In this document: positions 60,943 to 64,000 of the stretch, in pieces | How the letters are laid out: every line of letters begins with the position of its first letter | Position numbering within the stretch: position 1 is the first letter of the stretch | Assembly: GCA_003222055.1 (NCBI GenBank) | Contig: QHUT01000056.1 | Span: 114 to 64,113 of the forward strand | Origin: Gemmatimonadota bacterium | GTDB taxonomy: Bacteria; Gemmatimonadota; Gemmatimonadetes; Gemmatimonadales; GWC2-71-9 | DNA: 64,000 nucleotides | Reading direction: 5' to 3' | Made by a program: the position numbers and the translations under genes | The notes under the pieces: model-generated | The model's input: the letters and a program-made list of their open reading frames with translations, nothing else | Database searches by the model: none | What the model was told of the DNA's origin: nothing

Positions 60943-63900
60943 TCAATCCGCGGGCGCCGGAGCCACCGCGACGGCGCGCTGCGGCGCCCGGCGTCCCAGC
61001 CACTGCTGCAGCTCGTCCAGGTACGTGTAGATCACCGGCGTCACGTACAGCGTGATGAACTGGGAGAACGCCAGCCCGCCCACGACGGCGATCCCGAGGG
61101 GACGCCGGGACTCGGAGCCCTGGCCCACGCCCAGCGCGATCGGGAGCGTGCCCATGAGCGCCGACATCGTGGTCATCATGATGGGCCGAAACCGGATGCT
61201 GCACGCCTGGAGGATCGCCTCGCGCGCCGACTTGCCCTCCGCGCGCTGCGCGTCGAGGGCGAAGTCGATCATCATGATGCCGTTCTTCTTCACGAGCCCC
61301 ACGAGCATGATCACGCCCACGAAGGCGTACACGCTCAGCTCCATCCTGAACAGCATCAGCGTGACCAGCGCGCCGAACCCGGCAAACGGCAGGGCCGAGA
61401 GGATCGTGATCGGGTGGATGAAGCTCTCGTACAGGATCCCGAGCACCATGTAGATCACGAACACCGCGAGGACCAGCAGCACGAGGAGGCCCGATTGGCT
61501 CGACTGGAACGCCTGGGCGGTGCCCGCGAAGCCGTACGTGATGCTCGACGGCAGGATCTGCCGCGCCAGGCGCTCCACCTGCGCCGACGCCGGCCCGATC
61601 GAGACGCCCTGCCGCAGGTCGAACGAGATCGTCACCGCCGGCAGCTGGCCCGCGTGGTTCACGGTGAGCGGGCCGACGCTCGAGGTGAGGGTGGCGAGCG
61701 ACGCGAGCGGCACCAGGGTGCCGGTGTTGGAGCGGACGTACAGCAGGCTCAGCGCCGACAGGTCCTGCTGGTATTGGGGCAGGAGCTCCATCACCACCCA
61801 GTACTGGTTCGTCGCGGTGTAGATCGTCGACACCTGGGCCGAGCCATAAGCGTCGTACAGGGCTTCCTCGACCTGCCGGGCAGTCACCCCGAGCGCCGCG
61901 GCCCGGTCGCGGTTGATCTGGACGCTGGCCTGCGGGTTCGAGATCACCAGATCGCTCGTGACGTTGATCAGGTCCGGCAGCTTGCGCAGCTCGGCCGAGA
62001 GCCGGTTCGCGTTGTCGTACAGCGCCACCCGGTCGGGGCCCTGGAGCGTGAACTGGTACAAGCTCTTGGTGCGGCGGCCGCCGATCTGGATCGGGGGCGG
62101 GTTCTGCAGGAACACCTGGATGCCGGGGATGCCGGACAGCTTGCGATTGAAATAGCGGATCAGCTCGTCCACGCTCATGTCGCGCTGGGAGCGGGGCTTG
62201 AGCTGCATGAACACCCGGCCCTGATTGATCTGGCCGCCGCCCAAGAACGACATCGTCGCGTCCACGTTGGGGTCCGCCTGCAGCACGGCCATGACCTGCT
62301 GCTGATGGCGCACCAGGTCGTCGAACGAGGTCCCTTCGACGGTCTCCGTCGTCCCGAAGATCTGGGAGTTGTCCTCGCTCGGCAGGAAGCCCTTGGGGAT
62401 CGCCCAGAACAGCACCCCCGTGGCGACGAGGATCGCCGCGGAGAAGACGAGCGCCGGGGCGCGCCGCTGCATCACCCAGCCGAGGCTGCCCTCGTACGCG
62501 CGCAGCACGCGCTCGTAGACGCGCTCCGACGCCTCGTAGAACCGGCCATGGTGCGCTTCGCGCGACGGCCTGAGGAACCGGCTGCACAGCATCGGCGTCA
62601 GGGTGAGCGACACGACACCCGACACGAGAATCGCGGCGCCGATGGTGACGGCGAACTCGTGGAACAGCCGGCCGATGATCCCTCCCATGAACAGGACCGG
62701 AATGAACACGGCCGCGAGCGACAGCGTCATGGAGAGGATGGTGAACCCGACCTCGCGTGATCCGGCGAACGCGGCTGCGAGCGCGGGCGTTCCCTTCTCC
62801 ATGTGGCGCACGATGTTCTCGAGCATCACGATGGCGTCGTCCACCACGAATCCGACCGACAGCGTGAGCGCCATCATCGACAGGTTGTCGAGGCTGTAGT
62901 CGAGCGCGTACATCACCGCGAACGTGCCCACGATCGAGAACGGCAGGGCCAGGCTGGGGATGACGGTGGCCGAGAGGTTTCGCAGGAACAGGAAAATCAC
63001 CAGCACGACGAGCGCCAGCGTCAGGAACAGGGTGAATTGCACGTCGTGCAGCGAGGCGAGGATGGACACCGAGCGGTCCGACCGGAGCTGCAGGTCGACC
63101 GATCCGGGGAGCTGCTGCTTCAGGGTTTGCATCACGGCGCGCACCCGGCCCGCCACCGCCACCGTGTTCGTTCCGGGTTGCCGCTGGATGGCCAGCACGA
63201 TCGCCCGGTTGCCGTTGAACCAGGCGGCGCTCTTGTTGTCCTGGATGTCGTCGAGCACCAGCCCGAGGTCCTGGAGGCGCACCGGCGCGCCGTTGCGGTA
63301 GGTCACGACGAGCGGTCCGAACTGCTCGGCGTTTTGGAGCCGCCCGTTCGCCAGCACGGTGTACGCCCGGTGCGGGCCCCACAGAATGCCCGTCGGCAGG
63401 TTCACGTTGCCCGCGTCGACGCCGCTCGCGACCTCGTCGATCCCGATGCCGCGTGTGGCGAGCGCCTTGGGATCGAGCTGGATGCGTACCGCGTACTTCG
63501 CCGCGCCGTACACGTTCACCTGCGCCACGCCGTCGACCATGGACAGGCGCTGCGCGATGAACGTCTCGGCGTACTCGTCCAGCTCCGACAGCGACAGGGT
63601 GCCCGAGCTCAAGGCGTAGTAAATGATCGGCTGGTCGGCCGGGTTCACCTTCTGGTAGGAAGGCGGCACGATGCCGGTGGGGAGCTGGCGCAGCGTCTTG
63701 GAGATCGCGGCCTGCACGTCCTGCGCGGCGGCGTCGATGTTCCTGTCCAGGGTGAACTGCAGCGTGATGTTGGTGCTGCCCAGGCTCGACGAGGAGGTCA
63801 TCTGGTCGATCCCGGCGATGGTGGAAAACTGCTTCTCGAGCGGCGTCGCCACGGCGGACGCCATGGTCTCGGGGCTCGCCCCCGGAAGGCTCGCGTTCAC

Positions 63901-64000
63901 CTGGATCGTGGGGAAATCGACGTTCGGCAGGCTGCTCACCGACAGCAGCCCGTAGGCCATCAGCCCGAAGACGAGGATCCCGAGCATGACGAGCGTCGTC
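60943..64000 (-). CDS. RND efflux transporter permease (AcrB/HAE1-like), 5' end beyond the window
   Basis: Track ORF 60943..63987. The frame stays open to 64000 (..TTLVMLGILVFGLMAY), as expected for TM1 of AcrB-like pumps. Also PNVDFPTIQVNASLPGASPE and VDDAIVMLENI. Confidence 0.92.
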   Translation of the reverse strand, partial: TTLVMLGILVFGLMAYGLLSVSSLPNVDFPTIQVNASLPGASPETMASAVATPLEKQFSTIAGIDQMTSSSSLGSTNITLQFTLDRNIDAAAQDVQAAISKTLRQLPTGIVPPSYQKVNPADQPIIYYALSSGTLSLSELDEYAETFIAQRLSMVDGVAQVNVYGAAKYAVRIQLDPKALATRGIGIDEVASGVDAGNVNLPTGILWGPHRAYTVLANGRLQNAEQFGPLVVTYRNGAPVRLQDLGLVLDDIQDNKSAAWFNGNRAIVLAIQRQPGTNTVAVAGRVRAVMQTLKQQLPGSVDLQLRSDRSVSILASLHDVQFTLFLTLALVVLVIFLFLRNLSATVIPSLALPFSIVGTFAVMYALDYSLDNLSMMALTLSVGFVVDDAIVMLENIVRHMEKGTPALAAAFAGSREVGFTILSMTLSLAAVFIPVLFMGGIIGRLFHEFAVTIGAAILVSGVVSLTLTPMLCSRFLRPSREAHHGRFYEASERVYERVLRAYEGSLGWVMQRRAPALVFSAAILVATGVLFWAIPKGFLPSEDNSQIFGTTETVEGTSFDDLVRHQQQVMAVLQADPNVDATMSFLGGGQINQGRVFMQLKPRSQRDMSVDELIRYFNRKLSGIPGIQVFLQNPPPIQIGGRRTKSLYQFTLQGPDRVALYDNANRLSAELRKLPDLINVTSDLVISNPQASVQINRDRAAALGVTARQVEEALYDAYGSAQVSTIYTATNQYWVVMELLPQYQQDLSALSLLYVRSNTGTLVPLASLATLTSSVGPLTVNHAGQLPAVTISFDLRQGVSIGPASAQVERLARQILPSSITYGFAGTAQAFQSSQSGLLVLLVLAVFVIYMVLGILYESFIHPITILSALPFAGFGALVTLMLFRMELSVYAFVGVIMLVGLVKKNGIMMIDFALDAQRAEGKSAREAILQACSIRFRPIMMTTMSALMGTLPIALGVGQGSESRRPLGIAVVGGLAFSQFITLYVTPVIYTYLDELQQWLGRRAPQRAVAVAPAPAD

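Noticed and set aside
60358-63382. 800-aa (+) and 827-aa (-) ORFs over the RND pump locus, and 60821..61030 (+) across the inverted repeat.
   Set aside because: They are shadows of the AcrB-like frame (60943..>64000). The small ORF across the inverted repeat is an artefact of the palindrome.
1-64000. Search for tRNA, rRNA, tmRNA, known riboswitches, IS elements, integrases, prophage genes or toxin-antitoxin pairs.
   Set aside because: None of the intergenic gaps is long enough or has the conserved sequence features I can recognise by eye. No ORF translation resembles a transposase, integrase, phage or TA protein. A computational scan (tRNAscan-SE, Infernal/Rfam, ISEScan) would be needed to be definitive.

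Overview
A very GC-rich, densely packed chromosomal segment. I call about 55 protein-coding genes, mostly on the minus strand. I found no rRNA, tRNA, CRISPR array, transposase, integrase or phage genes. The gene content is consistent with a Gemmatimonadota-like Gram-negative bacterium, but that placement is inference only. It includes a SusC/SusD pair, carboxypeptidase-regulatory/plug proteins, an OPT transporter, many secreted hydrolases, an ECF sigma module and tripartite efflux pumps.

Many track ORFs are antisense or out-of-frame shadows typical of high-GC DNA. I separated real frames from shadows using recognisable motifs, third-position G/C bias read by eye, and 1-4 nt start/stop overlaps (ATGA/GTGA).

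Main blocks, left to right:
- (1) A co-directional run: HD hydrolase, PLD/cardiolipin-synthase-like, ECF sigma, anti-sigma, LTXXQ periplasmic protein, TolC-like, MacB-type ATPase and MacA-like adaptor (which runs off the left edge).
- (2) A small membrane peptide, an ArnT-like GT-C glycosyltransferase and AsnB.
- (3) Secreted or periplasmic hydrolases, a GH29 fucosidase, and a lipoprotein copper-radical oxidase with two DNRLRE-like domains.
- (4) Propionyl-CoA synthetase with a HAD hydrolase, and a divergently transcribed FabL-like SDR.
- (5) A six-gene minus-strand run, from a YyaL thioredoxin-domain protein to a serine hydrolase.
- (6) Nth, an M20 amidohydrolase and an alpha/beta hydrolase.
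- (7) An ABC importer-like pair with no binding protein.
- (8) A metallophosphoesterase / unknown / NAD-epimerase operon.
- (9) A GAF protein and a HEAT-repeat protein.
- (10) M42 peptidase, CapA, a BtuF-like protein and an OPT transporter.
- (11) A Ser/Thr kinase, an aminotransferase and an acyl-CoA dehydrogenase.
- (12) A plug protein with SusC/SusD.
- (13) NfeD, stomatin, a PQQ sugar dehydrogenase and DUF3052.
- (14) An RND pump that runs off the right edge.

I see no convincing self-contained novel system such as a defence island, BGC or mobile element. The observations most worth following up are:
- two families of GC-rich palindromic repeats, one of which has a copy inserted in frame in a CDS;
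- a 27-bp perfect inverted repeat between the RND pump and nfeD;
- a CnrYXH-like sigma module wired to an ABC-type tripartite pump;
- an LpxH-like metallophosphoesterase with a membrane insertion;
- an unannotated 49-codon membrane ORF coupled to the GT-C gene.
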